This document shows, piece after piece, positions 56,501 to 63,775 of a stretch of DNA of 64,000 nucleotides. Origin of the DNA: Bacteroidales bacterium (lineage in GTDB: Bacteria > Bacteroidota > Bacteroidia > Bacteroidales > UBA3663); NCBI GenBank assembly GCA_004557315.1, contig SFEH01000005.1, positions 3,816 through 67,815 of the forward strand. The letters are read 5' to 3'. Position 1 is the first letter of the stretch, and every line of letters begins with the position of its first letter. The notes beneath the pieces are model-generated. The model saw only the letters and a list, made by a program, of their open reading frames with translations. It had not been told where the DNA came from and did not search any database. The translations under genes and the position numbers were made by a program.

Positions 56501-56610
56501 GGGTTTGCAAGAATCAGGATGTTGCAGATACGACGTTTCATCAGATCAACGAAATCTGTGTCGCGGAGTCGCGGAATTTGCTTGGTTTGCATATTGCTTG
56601 TCGAAAACAT
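53599..56610 (-). CDS. Receiver-like N-terminal region fused to a PEP/pyruvate-binding (PPDK_N, PpsA ATP-grasp) domain, 1003 aa
   Basis: REC-like stretches ILILANPYDAFMLEDD and VQMILLVEDNIRFYSS. The C-terminal half has GGKGRGLAFI and LAVRSSSLLEDS, typical of the PEP synthase/PPDK nucleotide-binding domain. No obvious phospho-His swivel or TIM domain was recognised. Confidence 0.8.
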   Translation of the reverse strand: MFSTSNMQTKQIPRLRDTDFVDLMKRRICNILILANPYDAFMLEDDGRVDEKIFFEYARLGLRFPPRFIQVSSLEMAEKSMSEIGIDLIICMPGTDNNDVFDIARTLKERHENIPIVVLTPFSHGIRTRMQDTDLSIFEYVFCWLGNTDLLLTIIKLVEDKMNLEHDVEAGVQMILLVEDNIRFYSSILPNLYKFVLQQSLEFATEALNATLETLRMRGRPKIVLARNYEEAWSLYSRYSENTLGVISDCRFPMTPIKGARPTEEEKDQLAGFKLLGAIRDNDPYIPLIMDSAETENAERAESCGYHFIDKNSKKMDVDLRDMVRQYFGFGDFVFTDPDTGEEIARIHNLKELQNNIFTLPRESLLNHITHNNISRWLGSRALFPISQFLKHITWDSLQDVDAHRQITFDAIVAYRKMKNHGVVAVFQRERFDQYSNFARIGDGSLGGKGRGLAFIDRMLTRHEDLPAPTMIPKTVVLCTDIFDEFMDTNQLYPIALSNRTDEEILEAFLHAHLPQRLLVDLEAFMEVVNGPLAVRSSSLLEDSHYQPFAGVYSTYMIPYVTDKYKRIELLAYAVKAVYASVYYQSSKDYMTATSNVIDQEKMAVILQEVVGEAHGDRFYPVISGVARSVNYYPIGDEKAEEGTVSLAMGLGKYIVDGGQSLRVNPYHPDKVLQMSEMETALRDTQTAFLALDLKSTDPHKFCVDDGFDLVKVPVRKADGDGTLKYICSTYDPEDQIIRDGYYEGRNRKIISFAGVLQNGVFPLPELMQKVLAYGEKEMQRPVEIEFAVNLHDDRTGEFYLLQIRPMVDNRMMLDENLAEVPDEDCLLRSHSAIGHGIISDISDIVYVKTLDNSYSPSFNPVIAEECDRMNRKFLEHDKKYLLIGPGRWGSSDPWLGIPVKWPHISAARVIVEAGLKNFQVDPSQGTHFFQNLTSLGVCYFTINAFRNDGVYREDILDTLHAVEETEHLRHVHLPQPMTIKVDGAHREGVILQGGHATAFSRE

Positions 56611-56650
56611 CGTGCGGTTTTGTATTGGGTTTCTGTTTGTTTTAATCTCG

Positions 56651-56658
56651 CAAATATA
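56651..56658 (-). promoter_or_regulatory. -7 box TATATTTG (minus strand) for the REC-PPDK_N gene
   Basis: Reverse complement of caaatata. Lies 41 nt upstream of the ATG at 56610. Confidence 0.5.
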
Positions 56659-56686
56659 TTATCTTTTCAATAAATAAACAAAAAAT

Positions 56687-57061
56687 ATGGAAGAAAGTTA
56701 TAAGCTTGGTCTGAAAGGAGAGGAGATTGCTGTCGATTATCTCCGAAAACATGGGTATCAGATTCTTGAACAACGCTGGAAGGATCATCATCTTGAAATC
56801 GACATCATCGCCTTTGACCCCTCGACCACTGAACTTGTTTCGATTGAGGTGAAGACCCGCTCGACCAACGTATGGGGCTCACCAGAGAATGCAGTGGATT
56901 ATAGGAAAATCCGACGTTCGGTCTATGCCACCGACTTCTATATGAAGCTCAACCATATCACCTACCCCGTCCGCTTTGACATATTCGCCATTGTCATCCC
57001 TCCGAAAGGAGAGGTGCAGCTTAACCATATCAAAGACGCTTTCTATCCTCCTTTAGGGTGA
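56687..57061 (+). CDS. yraN: YraN family (UPF0102) endonuclease-like protein
   Basis: 124 aa; GEEIAVDYLRKHGYQILEQRW...EIDIIAFD...LVSIEVKTR. Confidence 0.85.
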   Translation: MEESYKLGLKGEEIAVDYLRKHGYQILEQRWKDHHLEIDIIAFDPSTTELVSIEVKTRSTNVWGSPENAVDYRKIRRSVYATDFYMKLNHITYPVRFDIFAIVIPPKGEVQLNHIKDAFYPPLG

Positions 57062-57104
57062 AATGTTCATACTGGATGTGTTAAGTCATTATGGTCATTA
57101 GTCA

Positions 57105-58064
57105 TTAAGATTTCAGGGATTCTTTGCTATTGCGTTGGGAGCTTGCACATATAGCCTCTTTGATTGCAGCTCTGTTGGGGCGTGACAAAGGAATCTTTTT
57201 GTCTAAGCTGAACAGATTGATGAAGAAGCGGTTGTTGGCTCCTTCAAGCGACTCGACATACATGAGATTGACGAGGAAGGCACGATGGCACTGAACAATA
57301 AATGAATAATCACGCAGTTCTTCCTTCAGCTGTTTTATCGTGGAGCGCAAAGTGCGACTGCTGATTTGTTCGTTATCTATAAAATAGACATTGCTGTAAT
57401 TGCCTACCGATTCGACATAGATGATCTTGCTTGGGATGATGGTGAAGTCTTGAGACGTATTGTCGGTATGCAGAATGACAGGGCATTCTTCTTTATCCTG
57501 TTTGCCATCATGTTTATCATCATCTTCATCTGCTTCTTTTTCAACTTCTTTACCAACTTCCTCTCCATGTTCATTTTCGTCATTTTCATGCTTGCTCTCC
57601 TCTTTCCATCCATTGGCTGCATTCTGGCGTTCGCGAATCATCTTGTTGATGTCCTTGACCTCGTTTAGTTCCTTACGAATATTCCTTATCCAAATGTATA
57701 GCAGTTGAAAGGCGAAGATGATGAGCGAGACAATAAAGATGGTAGGCATGGTAATGAAGAAATAGGCTATTCCGCATACCACACCATAGGTGACACCAAA
57801 TGCAAAGGCACTAATGCACCATACAATGCTAAGGTCTCGGGCACTGTCTCTCGTCGTTCCGCTGTGGCGGAGTAGGTTGAAGCAGACAGCGATGGAGGCA
57901 GACATCAGGAATACGCCTGCCATACAACCAATAATATTCAGGTTGGAGCAGAATTCTCGTTCCATGCTCAACTTCACTTCAAAGGGCTTGAGGATCACCA
58001 GAACAAAAATCGAGCTTACAAACATGAATAGCGTGAGTTTAAGAATTCTTTTAATCTTACACAT
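57105..58064 (-). CDS. Membrane-anchored LytTR-domain DNA-binding protein, paralog 2
   Basis: Four TM segments, an acidic low-complexity linker (HENDENEHGEEVGKEVEKEADEDDDKHDGKQDKEE), and a LytTR domain (IIYVESVGNYSNVYF...CHRAFLVNLMYV...IPLSRPN). Confidence 0.85.
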   Translation of the reverse strand: MCKIKRILKLTLFMFVSSIFVLVILKPFEVKLSMEREFCSNLNIIGCMAGVFLMSASIAVCFNLLRHSGTTRDSARDLSIVWCISAFAFGVTYGVVCGIAYFFITMPTIFIVSLIIFAFQLLYIWIRNIRKELNEVKDINKMIRERQNAANGWKEESKHENDENEHGEEVGKEVEKEADEDDDKHDGKQDKEECPVILHTDNTSQDFTIIPSKIIYVESVGNYSNVYFIDNEQISSRTLRSTIKQLKEELRDYSFIVQCHRAFLVNLMYVESLEGANNRFFINLFSLDKKIPLSRPNRAAIKEAICASSQRNSKESLKS

Positions 58065-58096
58065 TGTAGTTTCGAGTTTTGAGATTTTTCATTTCG

Positions 58097-58104
58097 CAAA
58101 AATA
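58097..58104 (-). promoter_or_regulatory. -7 box TATTTTTG (minus strand) for LytTR paralog 2
   Basis: Reverse complement of caaaaata. Lies 33 nt upstream of the ATG at 58064. Confidence 0.5.
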
Positions 58105-58159
58105 ATGATAATTTCTGATATGTAGATAAATATGGGATAAAATGTATAGATTTGGGATG

Positions 58160-58284
58160 GAAAGATGTGAAGGTGTGAAGGTGTTAAGGCGCTGCGCTTG
58201 TGAAGATGTTCAATGTCTTCAGTAGTGTTTTGTCTTGTGTAGAGTCAATGAACACCTTAACATCTTCACACCTTCACATCTTTC
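58160..58284. repeat. Octamer-armed palindromic element E3 in the LytTR/OM-barrel divergent region
   Basis: gaaagatgtgaaggtgtgaag (58160-58180) is the exact reverse complement of cttcacaccttcacatctttc (58264-58284). The core at 58206-58274 matches 61475-61543 with 3 substitutions. Confidence 0.95.
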
Positions 58285-58340
58285 TGTCCCAAATTGGCTA
58301 ACGTCTATCCCAACCTATTGCCCGAATGAAAAGATTGCTA

Positions 58341-58348
58341 TACCTTTG
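58341..58348 (+). promoter_or_regulatory. -7 box TACCTTTG for OM barrel paralog 2
   Basis: TAnnTTTG match 39 nt upstream of the ATG at 58387. Confidence 0.55.
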
Positions 58349-58386
58349 CACCGCATACAATTACATTTTAAATTAATTATAAACAG

Positions 58387-60534
58387 ATGAGAAGAATAGG
58401 TTTTTTGTTTTTGCTCCATTCGCTGTGCTTTATGGCGGTCGATGGGCAAAACGTTAACTCGACTGATTCGACAGTCTTTCTTAATGAAGTTGAGGTGCAG
58501 TCATTTGTGCCAAAGACAAAGTTGCGTGGCGACGCGATCGTGACCAAGATTCAAGGCTCGGTGCTTGAGAAATCGGGCTCGCTGCACGAGATGCTGGGCA
58601 AGGTGCCAGGGATGATGATGGAGGGTGAAGAACTCAAGGTGATCGGCAAAGGTGTGCCTGTGTTCTATGTCAATGGCCGCAAGCTATATGACACAGAGGA
58701 ACTGAAGCGCATGAGAAGCGAGGAGATCATGGAGGTGGAGGTGATCAACAACCCCGGTGCGCAGTATGACGCGACGGTGAGCGCGGTGGTCAAGATCCGC
58801 ACCCGTCGCCCACAAGGCGAGGGCTTCGGCTTTAACCTGACAGCAGGACATAGCCAGGACTTGCGCCGAGCAGATTTTGCCGACCCCTCAGCAACGATCA
58901 ACTTCAACTATCGCAACAAGGGTTTGGATGTCTTTGGCATGGTCAATCACTGGAATTCGCACACATTACAGGAAGCCACTACCGATCAGCATATCTATGC
59001 CAACGTTGGCAATCAGGTCAATGACAACTGGCAGAAGGGAAAGATAGTTACAAGCACTGCTGGCTATGGAATGAATTATGCGCTGGGTGTCAATCAGGTG
59101 ATAAGCGAAAATCACAGCATGGGCGCACGTCTTCAGATCGACCATCTGTTGAACAACGAGAGTCCGCTGACTCTCGATCAGGATATCTTTAACAATGATG
59201 TCTTCTATAAATCGCTTTTCTCGGAAACTCACACTATCTACGATCATCCAATCGGCTATAATCTCAACTCATACTACAATGGCCGATGGGGAAAGATCGG
59301 CATCGACTGGAACTTCGATTGGGGCAAGAAAGGGGCTGAAGAAAAGATGGACAGCAAGAGCGACGATGTACATTCGCTGAGCGAGGCTTCGAGCAATCTG
59401 TTTGCAACGAAGCTCGTGGTGTCGTATCCTGTGTGGAAAGGAACGGTCAATGCAGGAACGGAAATGACATGGGTGAGGCGTGACATCGATTATGTTATCA
59501 ATCAGGACTATATCTCAGATTCTCATTCCAAGACTAATGAAGACAGTTATTCCGTGTTCGTTGAGTATCTTGCCAATTTCGACAAGTATGGAACGGCAAG
59601 GATTGGTGCTCGCTATGAATGTGTGAACTTTGATTATGTCAATCTTGCAGATGCTGCTGCCAATGTGCGCGACACTCGCCGAGGCATTTACCCATCGATA
59701 TCGTATTCGGTAGGGTTTGGCAGGGTGAATCTTTCGTTGAGCTACAACACCAAGACCGTCCGCCCAAACTTCTATCGTCTGACCGATGCCACTACCTATG
59801 TGAGTCACTCGATGCTGATGCAGGGCAACTCGCAGCTGCGCAATCAGATCAACCATGAGTTGGGGCTCAATGCCCGATGGAGCTGGATCATAGCTTCAGT
59901 CAGCTACACAAAAAACAACCACATGATGACACAATGGTCTTATCCATACATTGGAGAGCAGGTGCCTGTGGAGGAGGGTGTGCAGGTCGTGAGGGTGATC
60001 AACCTCGCCAAGCCTGTAAAGACTCTTGTCAGCTTCGTCAATGCTTCGCCCACTATAGGTATCTACTCTATGAATACAACGGTGGGTTGTCAGAAGCAGT
60101 TTTTCACTGTGGAAGTGGATGACCCTCGTGAGGCTTCGGGCAAACGAACCAAGTCGTATAACGACCCTGTGCTTTTCATCAATTCCAACAATACGTTGCG
60201 ACTGCCTCACAATTGGCAAGTGGAATGTAGCTTGAATGTCAATTCAAAGGGTAATCTGCAAAACTATCGACTGATGAGGTGGAATACAGGCTTGTCCGCT
60301 GCTATTCAGAAGACTCTGCTGCGCAACAAAGCTCTCACCTTGCGGCTTTCAGCCAATGACATTCTGTATCGCACGGGACAGGATATTCTGCTTGACAGCG
60401 GCGACAACGTGATGTATCAATGCAACCGATACTCGTCGCAACGCTTGGTGTTTTCAATTCGCTATGCATTCAATCAAACCAAGAGCAAGTATAAAGGTAC
60501 CGGAGCTGGTGGGGATGCGAAGAACAGAATGTAG
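58387..60534 (+). CDS. Plug-containing outer-membrane beta-barrel protein (TonB-dependent-receptor-like), paralog 2
   Basis: LGKVPGMMMEGEELKVIGKGVPVFYVNGRKL...IMEVEVINNPGAQYDATVSAVVKIRT. C-terminus KYKGTGAGGDAKNRM. Collinear with 31016-33217. Confidence 0.85.
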   Translation: MRRIGFLFLLHSLCFMAVDGQNVNSTDSTVFLNEVEVQSFVPKTKLRGDAIVTKIQGSVLEKSGSLHEMLGKVPGMMMEGEELKVIGKGVPVFYVNGRKLYDTEELKRMRSEEIMEVEVINNPGAQYDATVSAVVKIRTRRPQGEGFGFNLTAGHSQDLRRADFADPSATINFNYRNKGLDVFGMVNHWNSHTLQEATTDQHIYANVGNQVNDNWQKGKIVTSTAGYGMNYALGVNQVISENHSMGARLQIDHLLNNESPLTLDQDIFNNDVFYKSLFSETHTIYDHPIGYNLNSYYNGRWGKIGIDWNFDWGKKGAEEKMDSKSDDVHSLSEASSNLFATKLVVSYPVWKGTVNAGTEMTWVRRDIDYVINQDYISDSHSKTNEDSYSVFVEYLANFDKYGTARIGARYECVNFDYVNLADAAANVRDTRRGIYPSISYSVGFGRVNLSLSYNTKTVRPNFYRLTDATTYVSHSMLMQGNSQLRNQINHELGLNARWSWIIASVSYTKNNHMMTQWSYPYIGEQVPVEEGVQVVRVINLAKPVKTLVSFVNASPTIGIYSMNTTVGCQKQFFTVEVDDPREASGKRTKSYNDPVLFINSNNTLRLPHNWQVECSLNVNSKGNLQNYRLMRWNTGLSAAIQKTLLRNKALTLRLSANDILYRTGQDILLDSGDNVMYQCNRYSSQRLVFSIRYAFNQTKSKYKGTGAGGDAKNRM

Positions 60535-60743
60535 TGTTGATATGCTTTGCCCTTACAGGGTGTAAACATATATAATTAGTTATTGGTAGCCATTCATCTG
60601 TCGTGAGACAAGTGGGTGGCGTTTAAAATGTTGGACAGATAATGCTATCTGTATATTGCAAAATATAAGGCTTTGCGAATTGTATTTATGCTTGGAGGTC
60701 TGAAATATGGTGCGGAAATTTGGAAGATGACATGAAAATATAA

Positions 60744-60751
60744 TACCTTTG
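60744..60751 (+). promoter_or_regulatory. -7 box TACCTTTG with no gene for about 300 nt downstream
   Basis: Good TAnnTTTG match. The next plus-strand ORF starts at 61055/61067. Confidence 0.45.
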
Positions 60752-61054
60752 CACTGCAATAGCGCAAAAATTGTTATTGCTCAAACTATAAACAACAAAG
60801 TATCAAGATGTTGTAGATTGCTGAAAAATCATTATTGAACGTACCAAACAATCAAACATTTGTAATTGACTGATGTTTGTTTGCCCAATCTCCGCTTGAG
60901 GAGGGAGGACAGCATAAGGTACGTTCTTTGACATATTGATACAACACTTTTTCCCCTGCTTTTTGTGTTTTTATTTTTCAAGATGGAAGCTTCGCAGCGT
61001 CTGTCTTGAGGGTTATTAACCGTCTGTCAATGCGTTTTGTGTTGGCAGACATAA

Positions 61055-61432
61055 ATGTTTATAGTTATGAGATACCGTTTATTACTTACCAATACAGTGA
61101 ATGGAGAGGAAGCGGAAATCGTTGTCCCCTCGTATTTGCCACTCGAAGAGCTTAGCCATAAGATTAAGCTTGAACTTGACTTGCCATTATGCGATAACGG
61201 ATGGCATCGGTTCCAGTCGCTTGGAACTGTCTATGTTATCGACGAGCATCTTTTTGCCGAAACTGAATGGCTGACAAAGTGCAACCTCTATGTCGGCCGA
61301 TACCGCAGCAGCGAAAGAATACGTCTGAAGCACGTGTTCACAGGTATAGGTTCGGCTATTACTTATATTCAGGATGATGAGAATTTCTTCTATATCTTTA
61401 AGATCCGTGTCACTCTGGTGAAAAGGTGTTAA
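61055..61432 (+). CDS. Small protein resembling the pRiA4b ORF-3-like (PRiA4_ORF3) domain (from memory); alternative start 61067
   Basis: YRLLLTNTVNGEEAEIVVPSYLPLEELSHKIKLELDLPLCDNGWHRF... fits the family pattern (YxFKVxL...IWRRIxVP...LxxLHxxIQ...GWxxxHLHxF) only loosely. The last four codons and the stop lie inside element E4. Confidence 0.55.
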   Translation: MFIVMRYRLLLTNTVNGEEAEIVVPSYLPLEELSHKIKLELDLPLCDNGWHRFQSLGTVYVIDEHLFAETEWLTKCNLYVGRYRSSERIRLKHVFTGIGSAITYIQDDENFFYIFKIRVTLVKRC

Positions 61433-61549
61433 GGCGCTTCGCTTGTGAAGGTGTTAAGGTGTTAAGGTGTGAAGATGTTCAATGTCTTCAGTAGTCTGTT
61501 GACTTGTGTAGAGTCAATGAACACCTTAACATCTTCACACCTTAACAAC
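61420..61549. repeat. Octamer-armed palindromic element E4 between convergent genes
   Basis: aaaaggtgttaaggcgcttcgcttgtgaaggtgttaaggtgttaaggtgtgaag...aacaccttaacatcttcacaccttaac. Relative to E3 it carries a 24-nt octamer-repeat insertion in the left arm. Confidence 0.95.
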
Positions 61550-61551
61550 TA

Positions 61552-62595
61552 TCAATCGATTCCTTCGATTGTCTTGATCTTGCCATTCTCGTCCCATTCG
61601 ATCTCGCAAACCTTGAGCGAGCGGAGCCAAGACTTGCCACCAGAAGGCACAGAGTCGTGGTGGAAGAGATACCACTTGCCCTGGAACTCGATTATGGCAT
61701 GGTGGGTTGTCCAGCCAACGACAGGGGTAAGGATCTCGCCCTGATAGGTGAATGGACCATAAGGATTGTCACCTACTGCATAGCAGAGGAGGTGAGAGTC
61801 GCCTGTAGAGTATGAGAAATAGTACTTGCCATCCTTCTTGAATGTCCAAGAAGCCTCGAAGAAGCGATGTGGGTCGTCAGCCTTGAGAGGCTCGCCATTC
61901 TCATCGACAACTACGATAGGACGTGGAGCCTCGGCATAGTTGAGTCCGTCTTTAGTGAGACGCACGCAACGGCTTGGGAGAGCATCGACATGACCTTCTG
62001 GCAGGTATGGAGTCTCGAGATGGATATTGTCCTTATAGCGTTGGAGCTGACCTCCCCAGAGACCACCGAAATAAACATAAACCTCATCGTCGGCATCGTC
62101 GCGGAAAGCGCACATGTCGATGCTGTAGCTGCCAGGTACTGGTGCTGGCTGAGGGATGAATGGTCCTGCAGGATTGTCGGCAATGGCTGTGCCCCAATGG
62201 AACACGTCGTTGCGGTCCTTGAGAGGGAAGTACATGATATACTTCTTCACCTTCTTGCTGAAGCCCAAGCCTGCTGCCTGTTCCTCGGCATTGGTTGGCA
62301 CTTCAACCACATATTCCTGCACGTCGCAATCCCAGAGCTGACGACCTGCCCAAGGGATGTCTTCCTGACGGAGCACACAGCCGTGGTCGGTGACAGTACC
62401 GGTCATTGGGTCACCATCGATCGAAAGGACATGATAGTCCTTCATGATGTACTGGTCACCATTGTCGTTCTCAACATTCGAAGCCTCCCAGTCGTGACTA
62501 GGATAGATATAGATCTTGCCATCGAACACGTGTACCGATGGATCTGCCATATAGTCGGCAGGGAAAAGATAACGCTTTGTTGCCTTTGTAGCCAT
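61552..62595 (-). CDS. GH43 beta-xylosidase/alpha-L-arabinofuranosidase-type enzyme (cytoplasmic)
   Basis: FPADYMADPSVHVFDGKIYIYPSHD, FFEASWTFKKDGKYYFSYSTGD, WTTHHAIIEFQGKWYLFHH. No signal peptide. Confidence 0.88.
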   Translation of the reverse strand: MATKATKRYLFPADYMADPSVHVFDGKIYIYPSHDWEASNVENDNGDQYIMKDYHVLSIDGDPMTGTVTDHGCVLRQEDIPWAGRQLWDCDVQEYVVEVPTNAEEQAAGLGFSKKVKKYIMYFPLKDRNDVFHWGTAIADNPAGPFIPQPAPVPGSYSIDMCAFRDDADDEVYVYFGGLWGGQLQRYKDNIHLETPYLPEGHVDALPSRCVRLTKDGLNYAEAPRPIVVVDENGEPLKADDPHRFFEASWTFKKDGKYYFSYSTGDSHLLCYAVGDNPYGPFTYQGEILTPVVGWTTHHAIIEFQGKWYLFHHDSVPSGGKSWLRSLKVCEIEWDENGKIKTIEGID

Positions 62596-62603
62596 AGTAT
62601 TGT

Positions 62604-63713
62604 TTATTTTTTATTGATAATGTCTTTGAGGAAAGGTTTCATCTCGTAGTTGCGGTCGAAGAGGAGAGGGTAGTTGGTACGACCCTTCATTGGCCAGTCG
62701 TTCTTCCATGAGTCACCGTCCTGAACACCCCATGCCGTCACGCGGCAGATGTGATCCTGATATTTCTCATAGATACTGAATACCTGCGTCATGCGGTCGT
62801 TCCATATCTGGCTCACGCTGTCGGGCAATGCTTCAGGATAAGGGTTCATCTGTGCGGAATATGCAGCTTCATCCTCGACCGATGCTCCGAACGACACAGT
62901 AGGAATGGCATCCATGTCGAGCTCAGTGATTGCCACCTTGACGCCAGCATCGATGAGTGCCTGTATGGTTTTCTCATACTCAGCAAAGTCTGGATGTTCC
63001 ATGCCCATGTGGCTCTGCATTCCCACGGCATCGATGCGCAAGCCTTGCGCCTTGAGGCTCTTGACGAGCTTCACGACACCCTCGCGCTTGCCAGGAAGAG
63101 CCATCGAGTAGTCGTTGTAGTAAAGCTCGGCATCGGGGTCAGCTTCGTGGGCGCACTTGAATGCCCAAGGGATGAACTCCTCGCCTAGAATCTCGTAGAA
63201 CTTGCTGTTGCGGTAATCTCCATTGTCGAGGATTGCCTCGTTGACTACATCATAGCCCTTGATGCGTCCGCGGTAGCGAGTCACGATGGCTGTGATATGG
63301 TCGCGCATACGAGTCTTGAGCTCCTCTGCCGATACCTGCTTGCCGTTTTCGTCGGTGAAGAACCATGGCGAGCACTGTGAGTGCCAGATGAGGCAATGAC
63401 CGATGACTGTCATACCATTTTCTTCGCCAAACTTCACAAACTGGTCGGCATCGTCCCAGTTCCATGTGAAAGGTGTAGGGTGAATCTCTTCGCTCTTCAT
63501 GCAGTTTTCGGCAACTACACTATTGAAGTGCTTCTTGACGATGGCTGCACCCAAGGTGTCACGTTCCCACGACTGATCGACATTGACTGCCACACCAATG
63601 AGGAATTTGTCACCGAAATAGTCTTTGAGAGTTACTTCTGCTTCTGGGGCCTTCTGTGTGCAGCTCAAGAGAGAAGCTGCACAGAAAGCACCGATAAATA
63701 ATCTTTTGATCAT
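62604..63713 (-). CDS. GH10 endo-1,4-beta-xylanase (lipoprotein)
   Basis: Lipobox ASLLSC. FNSVVAENCMK, GHCLIWHSQ, YDVVNEA, VAITELDM catalytic blocks. Confidence 0.92.
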   Translation of the reverse strand: MIKRLFIGAFCAASLLSCTQKAPEAEVTLKDYFGDKFLIGVAVNVDQSWERDTLGAAIVKKHFNSVVAENCMKSEEIHPTPFTWNWDDADQFVKFGEENGMTVIGHCLIWHSQCSPWFFTDENGKQVSAEELKTRMRDHITAIVTRYRGRIKGYDVVNEAILDNGDYRNSKFYEILGEEFIPWAFKCAHEADPDAELYYNDYSMALPGKREGVVKLVKSLKAQGLRIDAVGMQSHMGMEHPDFAEYEKTIQALIDAGVKVAITELDMDAIPTVSFGASVEDEAAYSAQMNPYPEALPDSVSQIWNDRMTQVFSIYEKYQDHICRVTAWGVQDGDSWKNDWPMKGRTNYPLLFDRNYEMKPFLKDIINKK

Positions 63714-63775
63714 TTTTTCGTGATAGATAAATGAAATATGTTAAGTGTCAGAGTTGTTTCGCACGAGTCTTGAGA

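Noticed and set aside
61469-61744. 91-aa plus-strand ORF (MKMFNVFSSLLTCVESMNTLTSSHL...)
   Set aside because: Its N-terminus is a translation of the E4 repeat core; the same pseudo-peptide appears from E3 at 58205. The rest is antisense to GH43.
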